NCBI GenBank assembly: GCA_964229335.1
Contig: CAXRCZ010000004.1
Span: forward strand, 142,542 to 206,541
Origin: Minisyncoccia bacterium
Lineage (GTDB): Bacteria; Patescibacteriota; Minisyncoccia; Phycocordibacterales; UBA918
Direction: 5' to 3'
DNA length: 64,000 nt
Shown: positions 47,482-56,976 of the stretch, piece by piece
How the letters are laid out: every line of letters starts with the position of its first letter
Numbering within the stretch: the first letter of the stretch is position 1
Notes under the pieces: generated by a model
Seen by the model: the letters and a program-made list of their open reading frames with translations, nothing else
What the model was told of the DNA's origin: nothing
Databases searched by the model: none
Made by a program: the position numbers and the translations under genes

Positions 47482-48586
47482 GTTCTCTGGTAATACTGAT
47501 TAATGCAGTAGCTATCTTATTGGCAGCACCTGGTAAAGCTTGAGCTTTTGCGGCAGTTGCCATACGGTTATAGCGCTCTGAATCATCGATGATAGAGCGT
47601 ATTTCTTGACTTAGCAAGTGTGAGGTAAGATTTTTCTCTTCGATTACACTCCCTGCTCCGGAACTAGCATAGGTGTACGCATTTGTTCGTTGGTCATGAC
47701 TGATAGCTTCTGGAATAGGAATGATAATTGCCGGTTTGCCGTGCTCGGCTATTTCAAATAAGGTGGTGCTACCTGCTCTTGTTACCACTACGGAAGCAGC
47801 CTGCAGTAAAAGTGACACAGTCTCGGCAGGAAGAGTACCTTCTAGGTAATAACGTTTTTTCTGCTCTTCAGTTTCTAATATATTTTGAGCCACTTCCAAA
47901 ACTGCAGATTTTACTCTGTTACCACACTGATGAAACACTTGGTAGTCCTCTAATATTTCCGGCAAAGCTTCTAGCACGCTACTGTTGAGTCTCTCAGCTC
48001 CTAGTGAACCACCGGTAACATACACAAGAGGTAAGTTTGGATTAATGCCTAGTGCTGAAACTGGATCTGGATTTTTTTCTAGTAACTTTGATCTGATAGG
48101 AATACCTACCAAAGCAGTCTTTTCTTTTGGAAAGTAAGTTGCTACATCGTCGTAAGCAATTCCAATATAACGAGCAAAACTAGCCGCTAGTTTGTTTGAG
48201 AGTCCTGGTTTTGCGTCTGATTCATGAATAACTACTGGTATACGAAGCAATCTCGCTGCCTGAAGAACAGGAACACTAGCGTAACCTCCTTTACTGAAGA
48301 TTACGTCAGGATAAATTATATAAAGTTTCCACAAGGCAACAAAAAAACCAGCTATTGTTCTAAAAAAATCAAAGAAATTTTGAATTGAAAAGTATCGACG
48401 CAGTTTGCCGGCTGGGCAGGATATGAACTTCATTTTATAGGCATCGAGTTCCTTTTGGTCATAGGGCTCAGGTCCCATATAATAGAATAAAGAATCATTG
48501 GTTTGCGATTGAACACTTTCTGCTACCGCTAATAGTGGATAGAAATGACCGCCTGAACCAGAACCAACAAAGAGAATTTTCATCAT
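47474..48586 (-). CDS. murG: Lipid II GlcNAc transferase
   Basis: GSGGHFYP, KGGYAS, HESD..PG..N, GGSLGA, RAG, DQ..NA. Confidence 0.93.
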   Translation of the reverse strand: MMKILFVGSGSGGHFYPLLAVAESVQSQTNDSLFYYMGPEPYDQKELDAYKMKFISCPAGKLRRYFSIQNFFDFFRTIAGFFVALWKLYIIYPDVIFSKGGYASVPVLQAARLLRIPVVIHESDAKPGLSNKLAASFARYIGIAYDDVATYFPKEKTALVGIPIRSKLLEKNPDPVSALGINPNLPLVYVTGGSLGAERLNSSVLEALPEILEDYQVFHQCGNRVKSAVLEVAQNILETEEQKKRYYLEGTLPAETVSLLLQAASVVVTRAGSTTLFEIAEHGKPAIIIPIPEAISHDQRTNAYTYASSGAGSVIEEKNLTSHLLSQEIRSIIDDSERYNRMATAAKAQALPGAANKIATALISITREHE

Positions 48587-48597
48587 AATTTAGTGTA

Positions 48598-49713
48598 TCA
48601 CGAGCGTTTGTAGCGCTTATATCGGGAAACATTAAGGACAATTCCTAAGGTGGCCAGAGTTGCTAGCAGTGCACTACCGCCATGACTAATAAAAGGCAAA
48701 GGTAGACCCGATACTGGTGCAATCCCAATCATGGCAGCCATGTTAAGAAACGCCTGCGCTACGATTATGGTGATGAATCCGGTGACTAGCAGTGTACCGA
48801 AGACGTCTGGCGATTGAGCTGCTGTTTTGTAACCACGCAAGGCAAAGAATACAAATAAAACTACTATTCCAGCGGTACCAATAAAGCCAAACTCCTCCGC
48901 ATACACGGCAAAGATAGAGTCCCCAATAGCTTCTGGGAGATAATCGAATTTTTGAATACTTTGGCCAAACCCTCTCCCTGTTATTCCGCCCGAACCAACT
49001 GCGATTAAGGATTGTTGAATCTGGTAACCACTGCCGAGTGGATCAGAGCTTGGATCTAAAAAAGTGGTGAGGCGATCCATTACATATGGTCTCATCATGG
49101 CTAGTAAGAGCAAAAGCAACAGCCCACAACCAATAATGACTCCTAAATGCCTCCATTTAGCTCCTGAAGTAAGAAACATGGCCATCCCAGCAGCTGCCAT
49201 AATTATAAATGAGTCGGTATCTGGTTGGCTCAGCAGAATCAGGCCCACTATGGCGGTAATAACCGCAAATGGTAAAAGCCCATACCTCCAATCATTCACC
49301 TTGCCGTGCATACCCGACAACCAGGTTGCTAAGTAAATAACGTAGCCAATCTTTAAAAATTCGGCTGGTTGGACTGTGGTAAAGCCAAGGTCAATCCAAC
49401 GCGTCGCTCCCCCATGTGATAACCCTAGACCAGGGATAAATACAGCTAATGTAGCCAAGATACTTAGTAAGAAAATATAAAAGGCAAATTTTCTCCAGTG
49501 CCGATAATAAATATTGCTAGTAATAAATAAAGCTACTCCACCAAGCAGTACCCCGAAAATAAATTGACTAAAGGCAACAGAACCAAAGCTGGCACCGTCT
49601 TTAGCTAGTAAACCCAGTGAAGCAGAGGAAAATATTAAAAAGCCGCCAGCAACTAACAGACCAATGAGGCCTAGCAAAACATGGTCGACAGATTTTGGCT
49701 TTTTTTGACTCAT
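48598..49713 (-). CDS. ftsW: SEDS peptidoglycan polymerase FtsW
   Basis: GATRWI, QPAEF.K, QPD, GYQ..QS..A.GSGG, LPFISHGGS; ATG at 49713 overlaps the mraY stop. Confidence 0.9.
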   Translation of the reverse strand: MSQKKPKSVDHVLLGLIGLLVAGGFLIFSSASLGLLAKDGASFGSVAFSQFIFGVLLGGVALFITSNIYYRHWRKFAFYIFLLSILATLAVFIPGLGLSHGGATRWIDLGFTTVQPAEFLKIGYVIYLATWLSGMHGKVNDWRYGLLPFAVITAIVGLILLSQPDTDSFIIMAAAGMAMFLTSGAKWRHLGVIIGCGLLLLLLLAMMRPYVMDRLTTFLDPSSDPLGSGYQIQQSLIAVGSGGITGRGFGQSIQKFDYLPEAIGDSIFAVYAEEFGFIGTAGIVVLFVFFALRGYKTAAQSPDVFGTLLVTGFITIIVAQAFLNMAAMIGIAPVSGLPLPFISHGGSALLATLATLGIVLNVSRYKRYKRS

Positions 49714-50768
49714 GCTACAGCTGCAATAGCAACCCCTAGTAAGGCGCAAATTACACTTATAATCCAGTAACGCATGGTCACTTTGTACGAAGGCCAACCA
49801 ATGGCCTCAAAGTGGTGGTGGATGGGTGCAATTTTAAAGAATTTCTTTCCTGTCGCCTGGCGATAGCATATTTGAATAACATTCGACAGGACAGTAACTA
49901 TAAGGAGTAGTCCAACAATAAAAAATAAAGCTATACCATTTCCCTCGCCCAAAGTGTCAGTCATAAAAATGACTGTGGCGAGCGACAGAGTGAGTGCCAT
50001 AGAGCCTGTTTCGGTCATCCAAAATCTAGCTGGTGGCACATTGAACCATAAGAACGCTAGAATCGCACCGGCTACAGTCGAACAAAAAGCAGCCAAATCA
50101 TATTGACTTTGGACAATAGCAATCCCGGCATAGGCAGTGAAAATAGAGGCGAATACCCCACCTGATAGTCCATCTATACCGTCGATTACCCCACTGGCAT
50201 ATACGCCAATCGTTAAAAGAATAAAGAATGGAATTATGAGGATTCCTAATTCAAGTGAACCATCAAACGGTATACCAATGCTGGTGACTTCAAGTTTTTC
50301 ATAAAACCACCATCCAATACCGGTTGCTAGTAGTAGTACTAATGACAATCTGGTTCGTAGTCGTAGTCCTCTCCCCTCGTGAGTGACATCATAAAAGTCA
50401 TTAAGAAAACCAATCACCGCACCTACTAGTAAGGCTGTAATAGGAATTACTGTTTGAGAACGACTCAGATAGTCAAGTTTAGCGAGAACTGTTTCTGGAA
50501 AAAGTAAAGATAAAATAAACAATCCCGTAAATGTAAGTCCGGTACTTAGCCAAATAATAATACCTCCCATACGAGGTGTTTTTGTTTCTTCTACACCCTT
50601 TAATTCATTAAAGACTGTGGCTATCGCTCCTCCAATAGCTGTTTTGCCTCCTTGTTTCTTCCACACTTTATGTTTAAACAAAAAATGCGTAATTATCGGT
50701 GTGATGAGTATACCGATTACAAAGGCTATCGCAGCCGGAAGTAGTACAAATACAAGTGGATCATTCAT
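49710..50768 (-). CDS. mraY: Phospho-N-acetylmuramoyl-pentapeptide transferase
   Basis: TPRMGG, DGIDGL, FN.PPA, APIHHHFE. Confidence 0.9.
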   Translation of the reverse strand: MNDPLVFVLLPAAIAFVIGILITPIITHFLFKHKVWKKQGGKTAIGGAIATVFNELKGVEETKTPRMGGIIIWLSTGLTFTGLFILSLLFPETVLAKLDYLSRSQTVIPITALLVGAVIGFLNDFYDVTHEGRGLRLRTRLSLVLLLATGIGWWFYEKLEVTSIGIPFDGSLELGILIIPFFILLTIGVYASGVIDGIDGLSGGVFASIFTAYAGIAIVQSQYDLAAFCSTVAGAILAFLWFNVPPARFWMTETGSMALTLSLATVIFMTDTLGEGNGIALFFIVGLLLIVTVLSNVIQICYRQATGKKFFKIAPIHHHFEAIGWPSYKVTMRYWIISVICALLGVAIAAVA

Positions 50769-51729
50769 ATTCAGTCAGTACTGTATTAGTTAGTTCAATT
50801 AATGTTAATACGTCAGTAAAACGACCAGTCCTTGTGGAACCTAATACAGTTATAACAATCGGTCTATTAAAGCCGGCATCGTAGGCGATGGTGAGATTGC
50901 CTCCTGCTAAATCGGTGTACCCAGTTTTGGAAGCCAGTAAGTTAGGGATAGCGTAAATCACTTCATTTGTATTTTCTACGTCGTGATATCCACCCTCTTG
51001 GTTGTAGAGACGGGCTTGGTACCTTTGGGTTGACTCTACTAGTTCTGGCGATTGGTTTACAATGTGTGCCAGCAATAGACTAACATCTTTCGCTGAACCC
51101 ACCGCTCCTGGCTCTGACGGAGATATGTCTAGCCCAGTTGGGTTTTTAAAATTTAGCGTGCTGAGTTCAAGTTCTTCGGCTAAGAGGTTCATTGCCACTA
51201 CAAATTGGCCAGCAGCGTTGTTGTCTCCTAGTTTAGCTCCTACAGCATCAGCAAGAGCAAAAGCCGCGTCGTTTGAAGAGGATATCAGTGATAGCTCATT
51301 TAAGGTCTCAATAGTAAAAATTTCACCTTCACTAAAACCAGACTGTCCGTCCTGTAGCAGTGCGCTTTGAGTTATGATCGCTGACTCCTGTTCGTTGATT
51401 AATTGGTATGTCACCTGCGCCGTCATTAGTTTGGTGATTGATGCTAGAGGCAAAACCTCGTTTTCATTCTTGGCATAAATAACTTTCTTATTTTTTACAT
51501 CATATACATACGCCGCTTTAGCACTCAACGTTACGTCATTCAGAGTATTATTATCAGCTTCAAAGGCGTCAGTGACACTGGCTAAATTGTGGTTGTTTTG
51601 GCCATTCTCTGTTGATGAGGTAATTAAGCTACCGAATATTCCTATTAATATTAGACCCAGCACTAATAACTGGCAGCCAATAACTACGCGTCTTTGATGA
51701 AGTAGATTTGTTGGAGCTTGATCATTCAT
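50761..51729 (-). CDS. D-Ala-D-Ala carboxypeptidase (S11)
   Basis: ASITK (SxxK), SSN (SxN), KTG; N-terminal TM. Confidence 0.9.
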   Translation of the reverse strand: MNDQAPTNLLHQRRVVIGCQLLVLGLILIGIFGSLITSSTENGQNNHNLASVTDAFEADNNTLNDVTLSAKAAYVYDVKNKKVIYAKNENEVLPLASITKLMTAQVTYQLINEQESAIITQSALLQDGQSGFSEGEIFTIETLNELSLISSSNDAAFALADAVGAKLGDNNAAGQFVVAMNLLAEELELSTLNFKNPTGLDISPSEPGAVGSAKDVSLLLAHIVNQSPELVESTQRYQARLYNQEGGYHDVENTNEVIYAIPNLLASKTGYTDLAGGNLTIAYDAGFNRPIVITVLGSTRTGRFTDVLTLIELTNTVLTEYE

Positions 51730-52246
51730 GGTTAGTTGTTTCAAAGGCGTCAATAGCATTCATAAATTCACTAAATTGAGGCAGCGTTTCCCTCCTCTCG
51801 ACACCTAGGTGTTGTAGTAATTCAGGTGTGATAGAGAAAGTATAACTCTTGCCGCTACTCGTTCTTTCAATCAATCCTCGTACTAAGAGATTCCGCAAGA
51901 TGAAAGACGAATTTACGCCCCTTATTCTATCTATTTCAGCCCGTTTGATTGGTCCACGATATAGAATAATAGCTAACGTTTCAGCGCCGGCTTTGCCGAT
52001 ATCGCTTTTTAGCTCGTCTTTGCGCAAAGCTTCAATAAATTCTGCAAGATGTGGTGCAGTTACTAGTTGTATTTCTGTATCAGTTTCTACTACTCGCAAA
52101 GCACTATCCTCAAGACGAGCTCGAAGTCTATCAATCCCTCTTTGCCATTCTTCGTCAGTAACCTCAAAAAGCTTCTTTAACATAGAAATTTTTTGAGGAT
52201 TTGACTTATAAAAAAGTAGCGCCTCTACGAGTACATCCAACGGCAT
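51722..52246 (-). CDS. scpB: SMC-Scp complex subunit ScpB
   Basis: EALLF, AETLAIILY.GPI.RAEID.IRGVNS. Confidence 0.93.
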   Translation of the reverse strand: MPLDVLVEALLFYKSNPQKISMLKKLFEVTDEEWQRGIDRLRARLEDSALRVVETDTEIQLVTAPHLAEFIEALRKDELKSDIGKAGAETLAIILYRGPIKRAEIDRIRGVNSSFILRNLLVRGLIERTSSGKSYTFSITPELLQHLGVERRETLPQFSEFMNAIDAFETTNHE

Positions 52247-52298
52247 ATTGCTATATTAGCACGAAAAACTAAAGCTTTTTTGATTTCTTTATACACAC

Positions 52299-52326
52299 TT
52301 GACTTATTATCATATACTGTTATGAT
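52299..52326 (+). promoter_or_regulatory. Promoter for the intergenic structured RNA
   Basis: TTGACT-16-TATGAT with TG extended -10 motif. Confidence 0.6.
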
Positions 52327-52332
52327 AATGAA

Positions 52333-52511
52333 AGTTTCAGATTGCTTAGGGACTTCCCTGCGCAGATATGCCGACAGAGGGTCGCATTGTGCATAGGTCA
52401 CCTAAGCCCGGAGCCGCTCGCATCACTGAGACTTACGTGATAGTTAGCAGCGGCAGGGCCGGATGGATTGCAGGTATCGTCACCAGTACCCTGCTTTCCA
52501 TCCGGCCTTTT
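52333..52511 (+). ncRNA. Unidentified structured ncRNA (~175 nt, three hairpins)
   Basis: GC-rich island in AT-rich surroundings; stems 52344-52407, 52413-52454 and 52457-52507, then TTTT. Confidence 0.6.
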
Positions 52512-53250
52512 AATAATATTGTGGAGTGTCACTTTTATGCAGTTCAACCAAGATGTCATCAAAACGACTTGATTGCGTGACTATCATATTACCCTGTTTA
52601 AACAATTCTAATATCGCGAGGAAGCCAACAATAACTGACTTCTGTTCTGTCTCCTGAGTTTTAATATCAAAAAAAGATAGTTTAAATTGTTTACGAATTC
52701 TGTTTTCTAGTTTATTCATCATTTCTTCAAGGGAAATGGTGCTGGTGACTTTAGCCGTCTGCTTGGTTGCTGGTTTAGGCAATTCACTGATTACGTCTCG
52801 CAGTGAGGCTGATAGTTCATCAATATCGCAATATGAGTCTGGTAAAAATAAAGGTTCACGCGGCGCTTGGTATTCTGGTGAATACATTGAATTGCTACCA
52901 AAATTTTCTTGTACTGAACTCGCTATGTTTCTAAATAGTTGATAGAGCTGCAAGCGCTTTTCTAAATCATCAATACTAGCTTCTTCCTCAGACGACAAGT
53001 CCAGTGATGGTAGGAGTGATTTAGACTTGATTAGCAGCAAAGTAGCCGCTAGCGTAATAAATTGCGCGGTGTTAGGTAATGAACGTTCCTGCATGGCGCT
53101 TACGCGCTCGAGATACTCATCAGTTACAGCAGCAAGATTTATATTATTGATAAGAAGTTTTCGTTTCTCTACTAGTTCAATTAATAACTCCAACGGCCCT
53201 TCAAAGTGGTCGGTTTTAATTGATAGCTCAGGCAATGTAACTGACTCCAT
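52510..53250 (-). CDS. scpA: Segregation and condensation protein A (kleisin)
   Basis: FEGPLELL..L, AATLLLIKS..LLP, FLAILEL.K. Confidence 0.93.
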   Translation of the reverse strand: MESVTLPELSIKTDHFEGPLELLIELVEKRKLLINNINLAAVTDEYLERVSAMQERSLPNTAQFITLAATLLLIKSKSLLPSLDLSSEEEASIDDLEKRLQLYQLFRNIASSVQENFGSNSMYSPEYQAPREPLFLPDSYCDIDELSASLRDVISELPKPATKQTAKVTSTISLEEMMNKLENRIRKQFKLSFFDIKTQETEQKSVIVGFLAILELFKQGNMIVTQSSRFDDILVELHKSDTPQYY

Positions 53251-53274
53251 TGGTAAATTTTAGCATGCTGCTTT

Positions 53275-53892
53275 CTAGCGACAGTCCCAATAATAACCCT
53301 CAGTAATCATTTGTTCGTGTATATAGTTATTTAATTTTTGAATAAAGGGATAACCTTCCAAGTATCGGACTTTTATACTTTGAGCTTGCTCGGCAGTGAT
53401 TTTGTTATGGTCAAAAATTGGTCGGTGGGTTTCTCTCATGAAGTGAACGTGAGGTTCTATCTTATCTATTGCTTTAACAAATGTAGCTTCAGGTAATTTT
53501 TGTTGTTTATATTGTTCCAATTTTTCTGATAATTTATCTCTCAGTATCGTTGGAGTGTTCTCTAACAAAACAGGTAAAGCAGCTTCCTCTGCCCCTCTGT
53601 CTGCTGTCGTTTTCTTCCATCCCACAATATCTCCAGTAACCACCTCATCAATATCATGAAGAGTAATTAACTCATATATTAAAGCTTTATCCCAGTCATT
53701 TTCAGGATTTTCTAAAGGTAAAAAGTACTGAGCTAAAAGATGCATCCCATAAACATGGTCAGCTACTGATTCAGTAAGATCAGACGCTTCTCTTTTAAGG
53801 TCACTTCTAATAACTTGCTTCAGTTGATATAAATAGTGCAACTTATCTAAGTCATCTTTAATTACATCTTCCGTATAGTCCTCTAAATTCAT
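53275..53892 (-). CDS. HD-domain phosphohydrolase (YfbR/HD_3-like)
   Basis: ESVADH, LHDIDE..TGD, VKAIDK. Confidence 0.85.
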   Translation of the reverse strand: MNLEDYTEDVIKDDLDKLHYLYQLKQVIRSDLKREASDLTESVADHVYGMHLLAQYFLPLENPENDWDKALIYELITLHDIDEVVTGDIVGWKKTTADRGAEEAALPVLLENTPTILRDKLSEKLEQYKQQKLPEATFVKAIDKIEPHVHFMRETHRPIFDHNKITAEQAQSIKVRYLEGYPFIQKLNNYIHEQMITEGYYWDCR

Positions 53893-53893
53893 A

Positions 53894-55309
53894 TTAAGAT
53901 TGCTTTATAAGCTGAACTAACAACTGTACTGGTTCACCGGTAGAGCCCTTCGCTAGCTTGTCGCTGGCAATGCTTTCCATGCGCGGTGCAATATCAATGT
54001 GAGCCCACGGTATTTTTTTATCTACAAAAAAAGACAAAAATGTTCCACCCTCTATCGTTCCACCATAGCGACTAAAATTAGTGGCAATATTGGAGATGTC
54101 TGCTCTATCGCTTTTGAGATAATGTTTGTATTCGTCCCATAGTGGCAGTGGCCACATCAGTTCGCCAGTTTCTTCACCTAGTTCTATGATGGTTGTGCGA
54201 AGTGAATCGTTCTTAGTGAGTACTGCGCTCGCATGCTGACCGAGTGCAACTAGTGCGGCTCCAGTTAAGGTTGCGATGTCGATAATTTGCTTTGGCCGGT
54301 AGTGTTTTTGTGCATAGGTGAGAGCGTCGGCCAACACTAATCTACCCTCCGCATCGGTATGGAGAATCTCCACTGTCTGACCATTCATAGAGGTAGCAAT
54401 ATCGCCTGCTCGCATACTGGTAGCTGAAACCGAGTTTTCGGCAGCCGGTATAAGTCCAACCACGTTCTTTTTTAGCTTCAGCTTGGCTGTTGCTCTTAAC
54501 GCACCTATCACGGCAGCACCACCGGACATATCTAGGTGCATTTCATGCATTGAACCACTCGGCTTAATATTCAGCCCACCACTATCGTAAGTGATACCTT
54601 TTCCGACCAAAATGGTTGGTTTTTCTTTTTTGTTGGTGCCAAAATATTCTATAACGATAAATCGTGGTTTATCACTAGCTCCTTTACCAACCGCCTCCAG
54701 CAATCCCATTTTTTGTTGCTTGATTTGGGTAGCATTTAGTACTTTTACCGTAGCACTTGTGCCTGATAGCGCTTTTTTTGTAGCTAGGGCTAATTTACTT
54801 GGAGGCATATCGTCACCAGCAGTATTAGCGATATCTCGGGCAGTATTTGTAGCTTCTGCTATAGCCAAACCTTCGGAGAAGGATTTCTTAGCAGTAGCTG
54901 AAGTTATATCGCTCACTAAAATTTCTTTAAGACTAGGTTGGTTATTTTTCTTTGTCTTATAGGTTAAGAATTTATACGCAGCCAGAGTCAAGTTAGTAGC
55001 AAGAGTTTGAGATATCCAGACTTCACCCATGCTTTTTAACTGTTGAAATTCATTAAAGTTAGCAGATAACACTAAGTGTTCCATTTGGTGCTTATTAGCA
55101 GCCTGTACTGTTGTTCGAATTATCTGGCGGAACTTTCTCGGTGTAATTTCACTAGATTTACCCACTCCGAGGTGAAGTTCAGTATACCCATCAGTCTTTT
55201 CAATGAGTTTTTGAGTCGAAGCATTCTTCTCAGTGAGAACTAAGCGAACATACTTAGCCGGATAATCAGAGATGATTTTAGGGCTAAGTTTGATTTTTGT
55301 CATAGTCAT
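53894..55309 (-). CDS. pepA: M17 leucyl aminopeptidase
   Basis: GKGITYDSGG, DMSGGA, TDAEGRL.LAD, ATLTGA, WAHIDIA. Confidence 0.92.
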   Translation of the reverse strand: MTMTKIKLSPKIISDYPAKYVRLVLTEKNASTQKLIEKTDGYTELHLGVGKSSEITPRKFRQIIRTTVQAANKHQMEHLVLSANFNEFQQLKSMGEVWISQTLATNLTLAAYKFLTYKTKKNNQPSLKEILVSDITSATAKKSFSEGLAIAEATNTARDIANTAGDDMPPSKLALATKKALSGTSATVKVLNATQIKQQKMGLLEAVGKGASDKPRFIVIEYFGTNKKEKPTILVGKGITYDSGGLNIKPSGSMHEMHLDMSGGAAVIGALRATAKLKLKKNVVGLIPAAENSVSATSMRAGDIATSMNGQTVEILHTDAEGRLVLADALTYAQKHYRPKQIIDIATLTGAALVALGQHASAVLTKNDSLRTTIIELGEETGELMWPLPLWDEYKHYLKSDRADISNIATNFSRYGGTIEGGTFLSFFVDKKIPWAHIDIAPRMESIASDKLAKGSTGEPVQLLVQLIKQS

Positions 55310-56642
55310 TTCTTGAAAGTAAGGTATCAATACGGTTCATATCACGTGGGAAAAGAGTAGCTTCTTTGACGTTAGTTACTCCACAGAATTTGGCAGTTAG
55401 TCGTTCTAATCCCATCCCCCATCCCCCATGCGGTGGAATACCGTATTTGAAAGCCTGTAAATAAAAATCAAACTTCGTAGGATCTAAACCTTTAGCCTCG
55501 GCTTTATTCATGAGTGTTTGGGTATCATGCACACGTTGGCCTCCAGTAGTGATTTCAACTCCTCTAAATAATAAGTCGAAGCTTTTGGTGAAGCCTGGGT
55601 CATTCTCGTCTTCCATGGTATAGAAAGGACGTTTGCTGACTGGGTAGTGGGTAATAAAGATGAAGTCACTACCGAGTTCCTTATTAGCATATTCACATAA
55701 CCAACGCTCGTCCTCTGGCTCCAAGTCTGGCTCATTGGTTTTGTCTTCACCAGTATGCTCTTTTATCAAAGCTTGGGCTTCACGCAATTTCATGTGTGGG
55801 AAGATGTTAGTATCTGGTATCTTCGGAAGGTCAATTTCTAGCACTGCTAGCTCAGCCTGAACTTTCTCAGCCAACTTTTTGCATATAAAGCGCATTAGAG
55901 CTGTTTCTACCCGCATGATGTCGGTATGGTCGCTAATAAAGCCCATTTCAAGGTCAAGAGAGGTATATTCACTTAAATGCCTAGTTGTAGCGCTTTTCTC
56001 GGCCCTGAAGGCGGTAGCAAAGGTAAAGACTCGTTCAAACGCTCCGACCATGATTTGCTTGTAGAGTTGAGGGCTAGTGGCCAAGTACGCATCCTGATCA
56101 TGGAAGTAACCTACTTTAAAGACCTCTGCCCCTCCTTCGGCATCTCCTCCAACCAGTTTTGGTGCCTGAAATTCAGTAAAACCTTCGCTACGTAGGTACT
56201 CCCCGTAAGCTTCAGTGATTGTTGCTTGAACTTTAAAAATAGCTCGTTCTCGCTTTCGTCGGAGTGTCAGCGGGCGGTTATCAAGCAACGTATCGAGATT
56301 TAGATCTGCATTCAAATCAAATGGCATTGGTTCTGATTTATTCAAAATCTCTAAGCCGGTGATTTCGAGCTCAATGTCACCGTTAGGCACTTTGTCGTTT
56401 ACCATTTTTTCTGGCCGCTGATTTACTATTCCAGTTACTCTAACTGAACTTTCTTCTGACAATTCTTTGGCAATTTCTAGCACTTCAGGTTTTCCAAACA
56501 CCACTCCTTGAATGACCGAACTGCGATCACGAAAATCAAAAAAAGCCATTTTTCCTTGCAACCGGGCTACTTCAACAATAGCGTCAATTCTTACTTCGGC
56601 GCCGATATGTTGATTGAGTGATGTAATTAGTGTTCGTTCCAT
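55284..56642 (-). CDS. aspS: Aspartate--tRNA ligase, short archaeal-type (probably non-discriminating)
   Basis: OB fold, SPQLYKQ, FRAE...RHL.E, GGQR, PPHGG.G.GLER. Confidence 0.92.
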   Translation of the reverse strand: MERTLITSLNQHIGAEVRIDAIVEVARLQGKMAFFDFRDRSSVIQGVVFGKPEVLEIAKELSEESSVRVTGIVNQRPEKMVNDKVPNGDIELEITGLEILNKSEPMPFDLNADLNLDTLLDNRPLTLRRKRERAIFKVQATITEAYGEYLRSEGFTEFQAPKLVGGDAEGGAEVFKVGYFHDQDAYLATSPQLYKQIMVGAFERVFTFATAFRAEKSATTRHLSEYTSLDLEMGFISDHTDIMRVETALMRFICKKLAEKVQAELAVLEIDLPKIPDTNIFPHMKLREAQALIKEHTGEDKTNEPDLEPEDERWLCEYANKELGSDFIFITHYPVSKRPFYTMEDENDPGFTKSFDLLFRGVEITTGGQRVHDTQTLMNKAEAKGLDPTKFDFYLQAFKYGIPPHGGWGMGLERLTAKFCGVTNVKEATLFPRDMNRIDTLLSRNDYDKNQT

Positions 56643-56674
56643 AATAATTTTATTGTTATCTCTATGATGCTGTA

Positions 56675-56974
56675 CTAGCTTCTCTTCTTGACTTGTGCAT
56701 AATCAACCATAAATCGATAGCCCAACTCAGAGTCTTCTGTTGAAATGGCTTCAGTCCAGTCATAGTCTGGTAGGTTTGCTTTTAATTCAGCGACAAACTC
56801 TTCAAGAATCTGACTCGGTATATTAGCATTGAGAATAAACTCAAATCTAGTACTTTCTGCTTTAGCATTTTCAACTGACCAATCTCTTTTCTCGAGCTGA
56901 CTATTCAAAGCGCTATGAAAAAGACTATCATAGAGATCAATTTCACTTTCTTTGTGACCCGGAGCGCGTTCCAT
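56675..56974 (-). CDS. Hypothetical acidic protein
   Basis: Tightly packed after trpS. Confidence 0.55.
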   Translation of the reverse strand: MERAPGHKESEIDLYDSLFHSALNSQLEKRDWSVENAKAESTRFEFILNANIPSQILEEFVAELKANLPDYDWTEAISTEDSELGYRFMVDYAQVKKRS

Positions 56975-56976
56975 AC

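Noticed and set aside
52368-52580. 70-aa + strand ORF
   Set aside because: Runs through the paired stems and terminator and antisense into scpA; RNA structure explains the region better
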